62,000 nt of DNA, from contig OX597826.1 in assembly GCA_951406725.2 (NCBI GenBank), positions 60,098,001 to 60,160,000 of the forward strand. Reading direction: 5' to 3'. Below the pieces are notes generated by a model, which had not been told where the DNA came from, did not search any database, and saw only the letters and a program-made list of their open reading frames with translations. Positions within the stretch are counted from its first letter, which is position 1, and each line of letters begins with the position of its first letter. Made by a program: the position numbers and the translations under genes. Shown here piece after piece: positions 27,783 to 41,970 of the stretch. The stretch is from Octopus vulgaris (lineage: Eukaryota).

Positions 27783-28240
27783 GGTACTTTGGGCTTTGAA
27801 ACATATATGGATACGCGAAAAAAACTTTTACGCCATGCTGTTATCGAAAACATTAATGAAGAAACACTATGCTGCTTAATAAATGTTCGTCAGTTTGATA
27901 CTAGTATTGTAGGAAATGAATGTGAAGAAAGAAAAAAACGGCAAAAAATACCAGGAACAAAATACGAACTTCATTGAACCAGGAAACATTAAAAAATCTC
28001 CTTTATCCCAATGGTGATAGGAGAATAGAGAACAGTAGCAAGAAATCACCTGAACTGTTTGAATGTGTGGAATGCAGTGATAAAAAAAAATCCTAATTCT
28101 ACAGAAAGCTTGTTTTCATGACACAGCATTTGACAACAAAAGTGTACTTAGTACCTGAGATTGCCGCATGTGAATAGACTTATTGTATCCAGTACCAGCA
28201 ACGCAACGAGATTCTGACTTAATGCGTATAGAAATAATAA
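27783..28240 (+). mobile_element. R4/Dong-type non-LTR retrotransposon 3' fragment (restriction-like endonuclease), decayed
   Basis: TLGFETYMD...LINVRQFDTSIV..ECEE...FIPMVIG...ILQKAC...KVLS matches the RLE pattern ILWDF..TD..RPD..IDV..D..EK..IPIVIGALG..LQKA; frameshifts; (AAT)n at 27622-27705 upstream. Confidence 0.75.
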
Positions 28241-29896
28241 TGAGAAGGAGGATTATGAGGGAGAGGAAGAGAATTTAAGCACAATGAAATAGATATAATT
28301 ACGGATAAAACGGCTGTGGTCATTGGTCTTTTGAGTAGAGATGTGATAATCTGGGTTCATCACATATTTGTGCATCAAGGATGGGCTAAACTGAGGCGCA
28401 ACATATCCGTTGGTTAATTCATTGGGTCAGCTCAGATTAAGCTTTCATCTGTTGATTAAATATGGCATATCCATGAAAGTGGGTGTATGTTTGTTTTTTC
28501 AAATGTGTATAACGCGAGGCTTATTGTTAATCTATCGCTCAGACCTGAGACTAACTATTTACCTGTTAATAAAATAGGGAATACCTTTCTTAAACGTATG
28601 TCTGCTGATCTCATATCAGGTCATTTGAAGATAACTGACAATGACATAAACGACCGAAATAATAACGGGTACATTCACACCCATCCACTCAAGTTTAACA
28701 TGAAATTTGGAAGAGTGGAGAAAAATAGAATTTTCTGAAATTACTTTATCATTGAATAAAAAAAACAACTTCAGCAACAGTTTCTGTGGTGAGTAGTTTG
28801 TGGTGTCTGTGGTTGGAGTATGGGTAAAAATGTTAAAACTGCTTTAGAGTAATAGAAATATAATTGAAAGAAGAGGAAGGAGATATTTTAAAATGAAATT
28901 TTGATTAAACCCGGCTACTTTTATTCCTACCGTCAACATCTTTGATAACTTCAACATATCACTGTTTAATTAATTTCAATAAATCCACATTCAGCTCGCA
29001 ATAAATGCTTGTAGCAATATCCTATAGACACCGCGTGATACTATTTTATATTGAAAAAATATCTTCTTGACAATGTGTCAAGAATTCTTAAGTTCCCCAC
29101 TTCTAGCAAGAAATTGTACTTCAGTTTTTATTTCAAATATGTTCGTAGTAAGAGTAGGGAAGTATAGATGGCTTTTCAAACACTCGTAGCAGTTAATTAA
29201 TAATTCTTAGAATAAATCCGAAATAATCATCAATAATTGTAAATTGCTTTCTTTTACAATTATTGAGGTATTCGCTACAAATAAACTGTCACGTAGTTAC
29301 ATATATTATTTTGTGGAATACTTGTATAATGTAATTCCGAATGGCTAATGTGGGATTTTCCTGGATATTATTTTCGATTTTCATTATTTTCAGAATTTTC
29401 AACGTTCTATTTTTGTTTAACTGATATGTATATTTGTAAGTTTACTGAAGAAATAAGACTGACGATGTGGAACAAAATTGCATCAGTTACAAGATGCTTT
29501 ATAGTCATTCAAGCCAAATAAACATTTTCCCAGTTCTGTATAATTGGTTACAACCTATCCATCAAATAAATATCTATACCTGAATGCCCCCGCGCTTAGC
29601 AATCTATCTCGTCTCTCACTCACGCTAGAATATGGAGTTTCTAATAGCTATAAAAATTTACCGAACGATCAACACTGAACTAGGTTTATTATAGTTCGGT
29701 ATGGTTTAGTCTGACATGATGGTCAAACAAGAAAAAAACGTATAAGCAGAAGAACAGCAACAGCAATAACAACAACGACGAAGACGTCAGCAACAAAAGC
29801 AATAACAACAACAATGGCAATGGCAACAACAATAACAACTACTACAACAGCAAGAACGAACGCTTGGTTTTAGTAATTTCTCCTGTTCGAAAACCC

Positions 29897-30183
29897 TTTA
29901 TTTATTTATGCGCTCTTTTCAAGCCTAGCCAGGCTCGGTTTCCCGTTTTCTATGGAGTACGTGTTCCCCCCAGCTGGACGGGACGCCAGTCTACCTCAGC
30001 GTTACTCAAGAAACAGGAAGAAAGAGTGAGGGAAAGTTGGGGTGACAGATTACAACAGGGGTCACCACCACGCCCTGCCGGTGCTTTCGCTCAATAAACA
30101 CACACAACGCCCGGTCTGGGAATCGAAATGGCGATCTTCCGACCGCGAGTCCGCTGCCCTAACCACTGCGCCATTGCGCCTCC
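29897..30183 (-). mobile_element. SINE family B
   Basis: GGAGGCGCAATGGCGCAGTGGTTAGGGCAGCGGACTCGCGGTCGG head, TTTCGATTCCC B box. Confidence 0.9.
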
Positions 30184-30643
30184 ACTTCAAAAACCCTTAT
30201 CTTCCCGTAAATGTCAAAAATCAAAGACGTAAATCAGGTCAGAATGATTTCCTCACATTTGGACAGCTGGAATATTTGAATTTCCAGGGTATCTAAATTC
30301 TGAAATCACATTCAGTAGTAAATCTCTTGTTGCTATGTATTACATTTGAAGGATTGTTACCAAGTCATTGTTTCTTCAAATAGATATTATTGACGACAAT
30401 CGCGGACTTAAATCTAAAATGATGTTAACACAAGAAAAAAGGAAAAAAATCTGAAAAGCTAACTGCACGATTCAACAGAGAACAGCTTAGAAGGGTGCCA
30501 AGGTTTAGTTGAGCGGATCTAAAGAATATTCAACGATCAAAATCTACGGGGCATTTTATCTAAATTCTTCAATATTTTTATTACTACTTTTGTTCTTACG
30601 GTTGCAAACCCTAGCGAAATTTTGTAATACATGGGTACGCAAT

Positions 30644-30644
<1 letters not shown>

Positions 30645-30703
<59 letters not shown>

Positions 30704-30728
30704 ATACTTCTCCTTAGTATCATTGTTA

Positions 30729-30805
<77 letters not shown>
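30645..30805. repeat. (CTA)n plus (ATT)n microsatellite
   Basis: Tandem trinucleotides. Confidence 0.96.
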
Positions 30806-31300
30806 GTGGTGGGGATAATGGTGGTGGTACTTATCACACCATTTTAAAATTGGTAAGTTTTACTGGTGAAAGTGATACAAAAGAGAAAAAAAATTGCACT
30901 ACTGCGTAGATCAATATGATTTTGCGCAGATATCTTTATCTATTTGATGTTCGGTATTCATTCGTCATTGGGGGCTTTTATGTCTTAAAGGTTTGAACTT
31001 AGCGTTGATTCGAATCGAGTTAATTCGCATCCAGTGCCCAAATTTGTATACAGAGACGTGCAGTCAACACATACACACACACACATACACACATAAATAT
31101 ATACACATACACAAGCACAGTCATATAACAAACACAGTCATATAACAAACACACTTATAACAAACTCGCATACTCACACGCACACAACTCAAATATTTTC
31201 TATTCTCTTCCCAATAAAGTATATACGTCTAAATTTATATATTACTAAATCGAGAGAGCGTTGTAAGTCATATATCAGAGTATGTACATATATGCACACA

Positions 31301-31848
31301 GGAATACCATCAGTGGAAGCAGTTAAGTTTGTGTCCACCTCATCTATGGCTAGTATTATGTCTTCTTCACAAATGTTCATATAATCCATCGTAGCTGCCT
31401 CGCTGGACATACGTGTGGCGGCAAAGAAATCCACCGGTTCATTCACTTGTCTATGTTCCAACATAAAGACACTTTTGAACACGTCATTCAGTAACTCACA
31501 GATCCTTGTTGGGTTATCTGTGAGGGAACTATCCTTTTGGAATATGTGTCCTATTTTGCAGGGAACTGAGGTTGTTTCTTTGACATAATGAAAGAAGGCC
31601 TTTCGGTTTGACTTCATATGTTTATATAACCCAGGCTTCTTTGTCTGCACTCTCCTTCAATAGAGAATTGTTGCAATCTTTTTTCAATCTCTCAGTGTTA
31701 TTTTTAGGCGGGAATTTTCATTACTTTTGGGATGCTGGTTTAACCGATTTGCAAACTTCGTCCTTCGTCTCATGAGGTTCTTCCGGTCCCTTGGAATCTC
31801 GTTTCTTTTTATGATGGCATTGTGCTCTGGGACAATTTTCTGGCTTTT
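31301..31848 (-). mobile_element. CR1/L2-type LINE ORF2 fragment (linker between APE and RT)
   Basis: IPRDRKNLMRRRTK... then MKSNRKAFFHYVK...LTDNPTRICELLNDVFKSVF...EEDIILAIDEV...STDGIP, the conserved pre-RT NPK.F..Y / LN..F.SVF / GPDGIP pattern. Confidence 0.88.
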
Positions 31849-31928
31849 GATATATATATATATATTTCTATATATGTATAAACCTGTCAGTCTGTCTATC
31901 TATCTATCTATACCTGTCTATCTGTTTA

Positions 31929-31963
<35 letters not shown>

Positions 31964-31964
31964 G

Positions 31965-32012
<48 letters not shown>

Positions 32013-33044
32013 TGGTATTTCCTATGATAATGTGCTCCACGATTCAATGTAAAGGAGTTATCTCCCATCACATTTATTTAGGCTGGTAAACTATCCGGCA
32101 CATACATACATATGTGCGCTCTCGCACAACATATATATAGACTTTCTTCTTACTGTAAATAGTAATCGTGTTGCTTTGAGGTGATGAGGAAGCACGAGGG
32201 TGTTGGCTAAAAGGAATTCTGATAATAGGAAAAGATACTAAATCTCCGGGAAGTCTTTATAGAAACTTTTATGGAAAATATCTGGGCGAGTATAAAACGG
32301 ATTTTTAAAAATGTGTAATCATATAGAAATATAAACTTCTTTTGGTCACATTTTACTTGTGCAAAAAATGTTTAATCGGAAAATTTAAAATTTCATTCTT
32401 GTTTTCTTACATGCCTATAGCACTGGTGTTTCCACTCTCCAAGCATAAATGCATGCAGAGATTGATGATCGCTGTGCTTGCATTAAAGTTAGTATCTGGT
32501 TTTTCATGTCTCTCTATCTTCTGCTGAACTTCTGCTACGAAATACATTCATCACTTCGTTGCATTTACTTATGCTGAAAATTTATTGGCGATCTTCTATC
32601 TGATATCAAACAGTTTGCCATTTTCATTTAAATGCCAGTTGCAAATCAAGGCATTTTTAGCTGTGAAATCTCTATTTGATAGATCGTTCAGCTCTGCATA
32701 CACAAGAGAACATTGATTCTTGAAAGACTGAAAATACGATAGCGACTTTTACATACACAAATATGTAATGCAGGCTTTCGACAATGAATAAGGTTTTTGG
32801 TTGCAAAAAGTTATTAAAAACACTTATACAAAAACATCTGTAATTAGAATAACAATGAGGAATGAAATAATAATGTAACTTAAAACATCCGACCAGATGT
32901 CTTGTGTATGTGTTCTGAGTCTTGTGGTGGTAGAATTTTGCCATCGGCCAATTTGTGATCCCTAGCACTTCCCCTCATCCTGCCACCTGATTAAATAGTA
33001 ATGTGTACTATATACATTACTATATATATTAATTATAGACATTG

Positions 33045-33145
<101 letters not shown>

Positions 33146-33426
33146 TGATTAAAAATTTTAAATTGTAATTAGATATAGTGTTGTTTTAGAGGGTTTTAAC
33201 TCCTCTTTCAAACAAGCAGGTACATATTCTACCCTGACTTTTTATAATAACTATATATATATGTGTGAGGGATATTTTCCGTCTCAATATAGCTAACCAC
33301 TAAGGGTGGGTGTTACTGTAGCTTGTAACCCCAGGAGAACATCTTCTCCAGCTGGCTGCCTAAAAACATCCCTCACATTGTCGTGCAGTTACTGTTTATA
33401 CCTCGTTCAGAGATTTATTATTGCTG

Positions 33427-33482
<56 letters not shown>

Positions 33483-33499
33483 CTATATTTATATATATA

Positions 33500-33687
33500 G
33501 GGAGAACTCACAAAAAAAGCCTCAAATGACGAAGACAGATGGTCTAGACAACAAAACAGATGTATTAGTTTAACGCTCGGGGAAATTAAAAATGTATTTA
33601 ACGTTTCGAGCCTATGCTCTTCCTCAGAAAGAAACACAGAAAGAGACAGGGAGATAAAATAAAGAATGTGTAGTGGCTAGCGATCTA
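33500..33687 (-). mobile_element. HHR-bearing PLE-type short element, family 1
   Basis: Homologous to 14811 copy; 3' end GTTCTCCC joins (TA)n; other side (ATCT)n. Confidence 0.8.
33597..33630 (-). ncRNA. Hammerhead ribozyme, minimal type I, intact core with extra A
   Basis: TTT CTGAGGA A GAGC-ATAG-GCTC GAA ACGT T AAA: 4-bp stem II, palindromic ACGU stem III, GUU site, 3-bp stem I. Confidence 0.78.
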
Positions 33688-33688
33688 G

Positions 33689-33797
<109 letters not shown>

Positions 33798-34105
33798 TGT
33801 GTGTGTGTTTGTTCCCTACCACTGCTTACATCCCAGAACTTAAGACTTTGTCAAGAGGAAACGAAAGAATAAGGATCATGCTTTAAAATGTACTGATGTC
33901 GATCCATTCGACTAAACCTTCTCCAAAGCCGTGCGCCAGCATTCTTGCAATGCCATGACTGAAGCAAGTAAGAGATAAAAGATAAGACACATCGGGAAAT
34001 ATACACCAGAATTTGATGACTTAATGGATGAATAAATAAATATTTTCTCACTCATACTCCAGAAATTTCCATATACAGTAAATTTTATAAAGTTTATGAA
34101 TTAAA

Positions 34106-34426
34106 GACTCCGCCGGTTACGACGACGAGGGTCCCAGCTGATACGATCAACGGAACAGCTTGCTCGTGAAATTAACGTGCAAATGGCTGAGCATTCCACA
34201 GACACGTGTACCCTTAACGTATTTCTCGGGGATAATCAGCGTGTCACAGAGAGTGACAAGGCTGACCCTTTGAAAAACAAGTACAACTCATTTTTGCCAG
34301 CTGAGTGGACTGGAGCAACGTGAAATAAAGTGTCTTGCTCAAGGACACAACGCGTCGCCGGGAATCGAACTCACAACCTTACGATCATGAGCCGAATGCC
34401 CTAACCACTAAGCCACGCGCCCTCAC
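34106..34426 (-). mobile_element. SINE family D, full length with 13-bp target-site duplication
   Basis: GTGAGGGCGCGTGGCTTAGTGGTTAGG head, GAGTTCGATTCCC B box, GTTGTGTCCTTGAGCAAGACAC core; AAAGTTTATGAAT at 34089-34101 and 34427-34439. Confidence 0.93.
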
Positions 34427-34673
34427 AAAGTTTATGAATAAGCAGTAACTCATTGCTGGGTCGTCTCTATTAACCAATTCAGTAATATAATAACGTTATA
34501 TGTCAAGTTGTAAAATAAATTGTATATCTACTAATGATTTAAAAAGCGAAAACTCTAAGCATTACCATACGATTCTTAATATATTCTAGCAATTGGGAAT
34601 AAGAATATGCTGCTCAGTGTTATTTTTGTCATCGAAAAATATGTTTGTTTAGAAGACTGGTGCTCATAATATA

Positions 34674-34886
34674 ACTCTTTTACTCTTTTATTTGTTTCAG
34701 TCATTTGACTGTGACTGTAGACATGCTGGAGCACCGCCTTTAGTCGAGCAAATCTCCCCCAGGACTTATACGTTGTAAGCCTAGTACTTATTCTATCGGT
34801 GTTTTTTGCCGAACTACTAAGCTACAGGGACGTAAACACACCACCGTCGCTTGCCAAGCGATGTTGGCAGGACAAACACAGACGCA

Positions 34887-34956
<70 letters not shown>

Positions 34957-35136
34957 ATATATATACATAAATACGACGGGCTTCATTCAGCTTCCGTCTA
35001 CCAAATCCACTCACAAAGGTTAGGTCGGCCCGAGGCTATAGTAGAAGACACATGCCCAAGGTGCCACGCAGTGGGACTGAACCCGGAACCATGTGGTTGG
35101 TAAGCAAGCTCATTACCGCACAGCCACTCCTACGCC
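34674..35136 (-). mobile_element. SINE family A with internal (CA)n
   Basis: Full-length reverse copy. Confidence 0.93.
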
Positions 35137-36684
35137 TATAACTAATTAATTGATGAAGATGACTTCGAGGCACTGCAGTTTTTCGATACTATTTTGTGTA
35201 GTCTTTCACTAAAACGAAAGAGCAGTACTGAATCTTGCTTATAGAAATCAGTAAATTATGTGCTGGTACATGCTGCTATCTTTCAAATCATGAATAATTC
35301 TCGAAGTGCAGGGAAAACGGCAAGAATTCAAACAAAAATGAACTTAATTTACTCTTCTGGCAATGTCGGACGTGAATATGCTGATCGCTTTTTGCGTAAC
35401 GTCAATCCAGTGTTTTCCTCGCTTTAAACGATATGTTTTCGTTATTATCGGGTTGGTAAAAATCAGCAAGCACGAGTAAATAATTTGCTTGCTAATTTCT
35501 ATAAACAAGAACATCCATTCTTGTTCAGAATCATTTATCCAGTGTATATTTTACTGGCAAAACAAATAATAACGTTGAAACATTGCGATGACTGAAACTC
35601 TAACGATACCAAAAGTTTACGTGTTATGTTCAGGAGTTTCTTTAAAATATACAAGAGGTAAGTAATATTAAGCTAATCACGAGATTATTGTACTTATCGT
35701 AAGTGATGGGACCAACGAGGTTCCCGTGTCATACTTAAGTTGTATTCTTATTTTAGATCGACAATTACTTTACTATTTCAGAACATGTCTAAATGACGGT
35801 CTTAATATTAATACAGACTATAACTAAGTACTGATTATAGCCAGATATTTTAAGCAATGTTATGGATTCAGCTAGAAAAGGGCTCAAAATGGGATAAAAA
35901 TTGCTTTTGTAATAAATATAGAAAGGTATCGTAGACTATAACGCATAACCGTAAAGTAATATAACTTTCATTTAGACTGATAATTAACCAAGTCGAATGA
36001 CTTGTCTTACAAATGGTTTGCCGTTCTCTATGTTTAGAGATCAACCACATGTAAAGGCGTGAAATGTATCGTTCATTCTTACTGAAGTATAATAGAATAA
36101 AATTGCATTTAGCGAACATGAAATTTTGACGCATAATTCTAGATTGCGAACGATTAGTTTTACTTGAAGCAAAGCTTTTGAATGCAGGAAAAAACCTGAG
36201 AGTAATTTTTGAAGTCAACAGAGGAATGTAACAATGAGAGATATTTGTGATATATTCCATACGAATTAAACGATGTCTTCTTAACAGAGGATCGAATGTA
36301 AATCGGAGCTTCCTTCAGGCAGAAGTAAACACACATCTCTTAATACATTTTCGCCAGAAGGGAAATTTAACTCTTAAAATTAAGCTTCAAATCCTTATTT
36401 ACCATACCACTACGTATTAATTTTGCCTGGATTTTCTATGCTTCTCATGATGTGAGGCCACGCGGGAGCTGAAATATAGCTACTGCATCTTTCCTTTCAA
36501 CGTTTAACTACTAAGTGCCGTAAGTTTGGTATATTGCGTTTGTGTGAACTTAACACTCAGCTGCTCGTTTTGGAAACATCATGCCCTGTATTCTTCATCA
36601 GTACCTTGTAAGGATGTGAGTAGCAAATATAGGTATGTATGCATGAATTATGTACTATGTTCATGTATGTGTATGTGCTTGTGC

Positions 36685-36742
<58 letters not shown>

Positions 36743-36747
36743 TTTTC

Positions 36748-37149
36748 TCTCTTTTACTTGTTTCAGTCATTTGTCTGCGGCCTTGCTGGTGCACCGCCTT
36801 TAGTCGAGCAAATCGACCCCCGGACTTATTCTTTGTAAGCCCAGTACTTATTCTATCGGTCTCTTTTGCCGAACCGGTAAGTGACGGGGACATAAACACA
36901 CCAGCATCGGTTGTCAAGCAATGCTAGTTGGGCAAACACAAACACACAAACATATACACACACAAACACATATATATACATATATACGACAGGTTTCTTT
37001 CAGTTTCCGTCTACCAAATCCACTCACAAGGCTTTGGTCGGCCCGAGGCTATAGTAGAAGATACTTGCCCAAGGTGCCACGCAGTGGGACTAAACCCGGA
37101 GCCATGTGGTTGGTAAGCAAGCTACTTACCACACAGCCACTCCTGCGCC
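36748..37149 (-). mobile_element. SINE family A, near consensus
   Basis: Full-length reverse copy between (TA)n tracts. Confidence 0.94.
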
Positions 37150-37176
37150 AATATATATATATATATATATATATAG

Positions 37177-37489
37177 TATATAAAGTTAATCCAAACATGA
37201 AAGCACAAAAAACACCACAACGTGAGGACGTGGAACAAATATAGTATTATTGGACGCTCAGGAAAGAACGAAAGAAGGAGGGTTTAACGTTTCTAGCGGA
37301 GCTCTTTGTCGGAAACATAGGAGAAGGAAAGATCCAGAGAAGGGGAGGTAGAGGAAAAAATCGCCACCGGTACACACGCAGCCACACCTTCTTTCCTTGT
37401 TTGCTGAGCGTCCAATAATACTATATTTGTTCCACGTCCTCACGTCGTTGTGTTTTTTTGTGCTTTCATGTTTGGATTAACTTTATATA
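37177..37489 (-). mobile_element. HHR-bearing short element, family 2, with ~85-bp inverted terminal copy
   Basis: GTTT CCGACAA A GAGC-TCC-GCTA GAA ACGT T AAAC at 37282-37316; 37177-37261 and 37404-37489 are reverse complements; (TA)n both sides. Confidence 0.8.
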
Positions 37490-37519
37490 TGTATATATAT
37501 AAATATATATATATGTATG

Positions 37520-37552
<33 letters not shown>

Positions 37553-37900
37553 GTATGAAATTATATAATTTTATGAATTTATACGAGGGCGGCGGTGCAT
37601 GCATACATTTACAAATGACTAGACAATATACCTTACATCATATTGCTAAGCAATGCACATCGTAAAACATAAGGTGTGCAAAATTCTCGATAATATCAGG
37701 AGTGGAAACGTGAATTCCCTCTGAATATGAATAAAAACGGGCGAACAGATATCGCAGCACACTGATGTATATGTTGTTATTAAAAAACGATTCAAAATAA
37801 ATACATATAAAAAAGCTTTTTGGAGTGTATGTATGTAAATGTGTGTGTATGAGTGTGTGCGTGTGTGTACGGTATAGATAAATAGAAAGATAAATATACA

Positions 37901-37954
<54 letters not shown>

Positions 37955-38096
37955 CATAGAGAGACAGAGAAAGACAGAGAAAGACAGAGAGAAAAGAGAA
38001 AGAGATAGCTACATAGATAGGTATAGAAATAGGGAGATAGATAGACAGATAAAGAGAGAGAGAGAAAGAGGTAGATATATAGATATACAATCGGAC

Positions 38097-38139
<43 letters not shown>

Positions 38140-38966
38140 AGAGAGAGAGAAAGACAGAAAGAAAGAGAGAGGGAAAACAGAAAGAGATAGGTACCTAGAG
38201 AGAAATATGTAGATAGATAGATAGATATATAGATATGCAAGTATATGTTTCATGATTCCGTTCTTCCTCGACTTAATATGAGGCCTTAAAACATTTTATT
38301 TCTCCCGCAGACATTCAATATTTTCTCCTGCTTCTATTATCTAGATTTGGAAGAGTCGTAAAATCTAAAGAGTATAGAGGAAATAATTATCGCCATTTAC
38401 GAAGATTTGTCATATGACCGGAAGTAATAACTAATCGAGTAATTTTTTTCTGATTTCTTAAAAAATACAATACTTGTTACACTTTTTGTATGTAATTGCT
38501 TTGTAATATTTTGCTGTCCTAAGGGGGTAGGGTGTAACTTCAGAGTAATTGTTCGTGATGATCTAGGGTGTTTACGACATCGGGTGGGGTGCGTTTGCAA
38601 GTGGCAGATAATAAAAAGACGAAACAAAAAATAAAACGCAATGGCGCCTGAATTCTATAACCGAGAATAGTTATGAGAGACGAATCAGGATTGCATTCTG
38701 TCTCTCTTCCTGTAGATACGTTAAATATATACATGCTTACAAACATACATATTTCGGCGTATGTTCGTGTTAATACAGACAGAGATATACACACACACTC
38801 ACGTATGTTTCGTGGTTAATTTTCGTACAAACATGAACGCATATACGTATATATTCGTACATAGACGCAGACATAAATGTGTGTGTGTGTAACGTCATTC
38901 ATACAAGAAATCAAACTTACGCGTGTGCAACATACACAAATATAGAATTTTGCATATACACACACC

Positions 38967-39004
<38 letters not shown>

Positions 39005-39189
39005 TATAGATATATAGATATACATATAGATAGATATATATTTATTCATTTATATATACATATAGTCATAAATACCCGAAGATATATAAATAACTGATAT
39101 CAAGTGTCCGTAGCTATTATTGTTATTTCTCCAAACTTGATTAGGGACGAAAAGTGTTCTTGCTTCTTAGGATACATACAGACGCATGC

Positions 39190-39304
<115 letters not shown>

Positions 39305-39367
39305 TATATATATGCATATATATACATATCTATCGATATATATACATAAATATTTATACATATATAC

Positions 39368-39406
<39 letters not shown>

Positions 39407-39831
39407 TATATATGTGCGTGTATGTGTGTTTGCGTATGTAAAGGTAGCAGAAGGTATGAAGCTGCAGAAAAGGCATGAACCTGTTTAGAAATAGGAGCTA
39501 ACTTCACAATTCAGCCGCCGGAATTCACCAAATAACAGAAAAACAATAGTAGGCGGGGAAATGTACATTAAAAAAGCATACCTTTAATGAATGTGATATT
39601 CAGATACGCATATACCATAGTTTAGGGTTCAAAATTCAGTCTGTCATGTTATAAATCTGTCAGTTTTACGGTTTGTTCTGCGCGAAGCCGGTCTACATTG
39701 CGAAAAAAATATATATGAGCAAAAGCATTCGAGTAGTTACACTCGAAGTATGATGATATTACTGTTAATATCATCTGCAGTGAATATTTTTAATTGATAA
39801 TATTAACAGTGTAAATACTCGAATGTTTTTG

Positions 39832-39884
<53 letters not shown>

Positions 39885-40618
39885 CACCATGTGGACCGGT
39901 TTTGAGCAAAGCAAGCCATAACACTGGCAGATATATAACGCGACTTTGAATTTTTATTAAGTTCTAATTCTTTATCTGTTACCTGCCTATTTATCTTATT
40001 CGGTGCCTCAGCGGTTGAATTCGGAATTTCGCTCCTATTTCTAGATACATACATACATAAATACATACATGCATACATACATACATACATACATACATAC
40101 ATACATACATACATACATACATTCATACATCCATCGACCCATACATATTTACCTAATTCATACATACAGACATAGATACACACATACATACATACTTTAC
40201 ATGTATAGGTATATACATGCATTCATAGATGGTGATTGCTCTATTTTCATACATGATTGCTCTCCTCTACTTCCTCGTTGTTAGTGACATTTCTCACTTT
40301 CCTTCCATGACCTCTCAGATGACTATTTAGTCCTATTGCTGATCTCTATGGTTTGAAGCATATGTAACAGAAGATACTTGTTATAGTGTCCTTACGTCTG
40401 GTTAGATCGACACCTCTCATTTGTTCCCATAGAGTTTCAGTAGATGAGATGACAAATGAAGTCAGCACAAAGAGACATCTTTACGTCATTGGATGATAGA
40501 GTTCAACGCTTCTACAAAACGTGTGCTTATTTCCATCTACCTTATTAGTACCTGGTGACAGACGAAAGTGAAATGTCCAGAAATCACATAAAACCGCTGG
40601 TTCTACATCAGTGTCCGA

Positions 40619-40665
40619 AGCCTTGTGGGTGGATTTGTTAGACGGAAACTGAAAGTAGCCCGTCG

Positions 40666-40761
<96 letters not shown>

Positions 40762-40967
40762 TTTGTGTGTGTTTGTCCTCCCAACATCGCTTGACAACCG
40801 ATGCTGGTGTGTTTACGTCCCCGTATCTTTGCGCTTCGGCAAAATAGACCGATAGAATAAGTACTAGGCTTACAAAGAATAAGTCCTGGGATCGATTTGC
40901 TCGACTAAAGGCGATGCTCCAGCATGGCCGCAGTCAAATCACTGAAACAAGTAAGAGTAAAAGAGTA
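40619..40967 (+). mobile_element. SINE family A, 5'-truncated
   Basis: Starts at AAGCCTTGTG, internal (TA)n(TG)n, intact tail. Confidence 0.9.
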
Positions 40968-41970
40968 TCCGTATCTCCTTCTGAACTGACCAACCTTCTG
41001 CTCTTTACACAGTTATTAGCCGCTTTCATGAGCCCACTATATTATACACTTAAGTAATCCCATTTCTAGGCCAATTTTGAAAATCACACACAGACACATA
41101 CACACAACACACATACATGTACGCACGCACACACACAAACACAGACACATAAACACACAATAGAAACAATAACTCCATAACTCAGTCATATATACATATA
41201 CATTTATGTATGCATGCAAGAATATATGCAATCATAAATGCATGTCTTCAAGTATACATATGTAAACACAACGCCATCATCCATAGACGTACATGCATAA
41301 AGGGTTAATCTTAGGCGCGTTTTGGAACATTTTCTGCTCAAATTATACCGATTTAATCAATCCTGTACTAGTATCTAGTTTCTCTAATATATTTTCTATT
41401 CTAAATAAGAGATTCAGTTATTACCCCACCATCTTAGCGTCGATCTGACTGAATTTCTTTTAATAAATGCTTCGCACCTCATGGGATTTCGTTAATACCA
41501 TCAATGTTGTGCATTTAGGTAAAACATTAGCACTAACATCAAAAATGTGAACTAAGATAACTTAAGCATTCTTCTCACTTCGTTACGTCTTTGCACTTAG
41601 GATATAATTTAATTAGCTGATATGAAAATGATACGTTTCAAACGAACGCTTTGACGATATTTCTTTTCCTACTTGTTTAGAGATGTTACAAAGCAACAAC
41701 CCTTTTTTGGGCAAAAATATGAGGAAACTAACGGCTCACGTATTAATCGCTACTGAAGATACACGTACGAATTCCTTGGAAATATATGGTAACATGATTT
41801 GGAATATCAATACCTGCTTGTGTAAGGAGAACGGCTTTATCCAGAAAGTTATTTTCTCTGATATTATTTGGGTAACTATAATTCTGACGTGGATGGGTTA
41901 ATTAGTCTACACTAATGTCATTCTCAGAGTCAAATTTGTAGTCAGGAAGTGTAATCCACAAGGGGCTGAG

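Noticed and set aside
36550-36605. Minus-strand CTGATGA-A-GAATAC motif
   Set aside because: Followed by CAAA instead of GAAA and stem II is poor.
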